Assembly: GCA_009914755.4 (NCBI GenBank)
Contig: CP068257.2
Location: forward strand, 41,280,001-41,344,000
Length of the DNA stretch: 64,000 nucleotides
Direction: 5' to 3'
Origin: the human T2T-CHM13v2.0 reference genome, Homo sapiens
Shown here: positions 61,951 to 64,000 of the stretch, in pieces
Layout of the letters: each line of letters starts with the position of its first letter
Numbering within the stretch: position 1 is the stretch's first letter
Notes under the pieces: model-generated
What the model was told of the DNA's origin: nothing
The model's database searches: none
What the model saw: the letters and a program-made list of their open reading frames with translations, nothing else
Position numbers and translations under genes: made by a program

Positions 61951-64000
61951 ATTTTTTCTAATATCCAGTGGGGGAGAGGATGATAGTGCTTCCAATATCA
62001 CAGAAGGTGTACACCCCCCTGTGATATGGTTCCTAATATCCAGGGAAGGACAGGATGACATTATTCCCAATATCACTGGGGGGTGTACCACCCCCCGCCG
62101 GGATGTTGTTCTTAATATCCGGGGGTGGAGAGAATGATATTACTCCCAATATCACAGGAAGTGTACACAACCTCTGTTTGATATTGTTGGTAATATTCCG
62201 GGGGGCAGAGGATGATATTACCTCCAATATCGCAGGGTGTGTAAACACCTTCTGTGATATTGTTCCTAATGGCCTGTGAAAGAGAAAATATTACTCCCAT
62301 TATCGCACGGGTGTTCACCCCGATGACATTGTTTTCTAATATCCAGGGAAGGAGAGTATGATATTACTCCCAATATCACAGGGGGTGTACACCTTTTTGT
62401 GACATTGAGTCTAATATCCAGGGAAACAGAGGATGATATTACTCCCAATGTCGCAGAGGGTAGACACCCCCCTGGGATATTGTTCCTAATATCCCAATGG
62501 AGAGAGGATGATATTACTCCCAATATCAAAGGAAATGTACACCACCCCTGCGATATTGTTCCTAATATCCAGAGAAGAAAAGAATGATATTACTCCCAAC
62601 AGCGTAGGAAATGTATACCCGTGCTGTGATATTTTTCCCAATATCTGGGGTGGGGGGGAAGAGGATCATATTACTTCCAATATCGCAGGGTGTGTACACC
62701 CCCTCTGTGATCTTGTTGCTAACATCCAGGTTTAGGGAGGACGACATTACTCCCAATATCGCAGGGGGAGTACACCCCCCGTGACCTAGTTAGTAATTTC
62801 CTGGGTGGAGAGGATGATATTACTCCCAATATCGCAGGGGGTGTACACAGCCCTGTGATATTGCTCCTAATATCCAGAGCCAAAGAGGATGATATGACTC
62901 TTAGTATCGCAGAGGGTGTACACCCCTCCTGTAATATTGTTCTTAATACCCTGGGAGGGAGAGGATAAGATTACATTGAATATCGCAGGGAATGTACACC
63001 CTCCCCCTCTGAGACCCTTCCTAATATCCAGGGGAAGAGAGGATAATTTTGCTCCCAATAGCCCAGAGGCAGTACACCTCCCCTGTGATATTGTTCCTAA
63101 TATCCAACGGGGGAGAGGATGATACTTCTCCCAATATCGCAGGGGTGTTCACATCCCCAGTTACATTTTTCCTAATATCTAGGGGAGAGACAATTATATG
63201 ACAGCAAATGTCTCAGGGTCTGTACATCCCTTCCTGATATTGTTCCTCATATCCAGGGGGGAAGAGGATGATGTCAAATATCAAAGGGGGTGTACACCCC
63301 CCACCACGATATTGTTCTTAATATTCATGAGGGGAACGATGATGTTACTCTGAATGTCGCAGGGGTTTTTCACACCCCCTGTGATATTGTTGCTGATATC
63401 CACAGTGGGAGAAAATAATATTACTTCCAATATTGCAGGTGGTGTATACCCCACCTGAAATATTGCACTGAAAATCCAAAGAGGGAGAGGATGGTATTAA
63501 TACCAATATCGAAGTGTGTGTACACGCCCCTTGTGATATGGTTTTCAATATCCAGGGGGCGGGAGGATGATATTAGTCCCAACATCACAGAGAGTGTACA
63601 CTACCCCTGTGATATTGTCCCTAACTTCCAGAGGGGAGAGGATGATATCACTCCCAATATCTCAGAAGTGGTACATCCCCCGTGATATTGTTCGTCATAT
63701 CCACAGAGGCACAGGATGACATTACATTGAATTTCGCGACAGGCGTACACGCACACTGTGATATTGTTCCTAATATCCAAGAAGGGAGAGGATGATATTA
63801 CTCCCAATAAAGCAGTGGGTATACATTACCCCTGTGTTATTGTCTCTAATATCTGGGGACGGGGGGCGGGGGAGAGGATAACATTCCCTCAAATTTGGCA
63901 GGTGGTTTGACGCCCCTTGTGGAATTGTTTTTAATATCCAGCGGGGAAGACAGTAATACCATTTTGGATAGTCCGATTTATCCGCCCCACCTTTCCGGAA
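61950..64000 (+). repeat. Tandem satellite array, subfamily 2. There are about 29 units of ~70-71 bp. Consensus is approximately GATATTACTCCCAATATCACAGGGGGTGTACACCCCTGTGATATTGTTCCTAATATCCAGGGGAGAGAGGAT. The array degenerates near 63960 and probably ends near the window edge.
   Basis: Period ~71 bp (TTACTCCCAATATCACAG at 62364 and 62435). It keeps the same palindromic core as subfamily 1 plus a ~10-bp GGGAGAGAGGATGAT insertion. The last ~40 nt (GATAGTCCGATTTATCCGCCCCACCTTTCCGGAA) no longer fits the unit. Confidence 0.9.

Noticed and set aside
61572-63807. Chain of 60-100-aa ORFs on both strands across the satellite
   Set aside because: They are periodic-sequence artefacts. Any frame of a repeat lacking stop codons stays open, and the peptides are low-complexity reiterations.
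58184-64000. Possible CRISPR array (regular short repeats)
   Set aside because: The units are contiguous tandem copies with no unique spacers. The period changes from 62 to 70 bp, and the array is flanked by ERV sequence. It is a eukaryotic satellite, not a CRISPR array.

Overview
This window is primate (almost certainly human) nuclear DNA, not a prokaryotic or viral locus. Alu SINEs fill roughly 40% of it: about 70 copies in both orientations, many disrupting older elements.

The unique sequence supports four main things.

(1) A CpG-island promoter at ~1280-2150 feeds a 4-exon protein-coding gene model on the + strand.
- The exons are 1707-1754, 5407-5527, 11674-12768 and 17354-17511.
- Every splice site is canonical (GT/AG).
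- The reading frame is continuous across all three junctions, giving a 473-aa product.
- The product has an Arg-rich N-terminus, a large Ser/Lys/Glu-rich exon carrying an acidic poly-Ser cluster, and an AATAAA signal at 17569.
- I cannot name the gene from memory.

(2) A ~9.6 kb class I (gamma-like) endogenous retrovirus lies on the - strand at 24868-34433.
- It is HERV-H/F-like.
- It has recognisable gag (MA, CA, NC), pol (RT connection, RNase H, integrase) and env (SU, TM) remnants.
- Alu insertions sit in gag/pro and at the PBS.
- It is flanked by LTRs, and three related solo LTRs of a shorter variant lie nearby.

(3) A second gamma-like ERV is present as an inverted pair of internally deleted copies.
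- The + strand copy (40449-46024) has a tRNA-Glu PBS, so it is HERV-E-like.
- The - strand copy lies at about 51800-58183.
- Both share identical deletion junctions (RNase H start joined directly to the env signal peptide), so the second is a duplicate of an already-deleted element.
- The - strand copy has no LTRs.

(4) A tandem satellite array begins precisely inside the 5' leader of the - strand copy and runs from 58184 to the window end.
- It is organised in subfamily blocks, with units of about 62 bp and then about 70 bp.
- Each unit carries a ~30-bp near-perfect palindrome centred on GGTGTACACC.

Smaller features include minisatellites (a 60-bp VNTR abutting the last exon, a 38-bp VNTR), (TA)n and polypyrimidine tracts, and MIR fragments.

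I found no CRISPR array, no rRNA or tRNA genes, and no prokaryotic defence system. The long ORFs on the six-frame track that fall in Alu, satellite or CpG-island sequence are repeat or composition artefacts.
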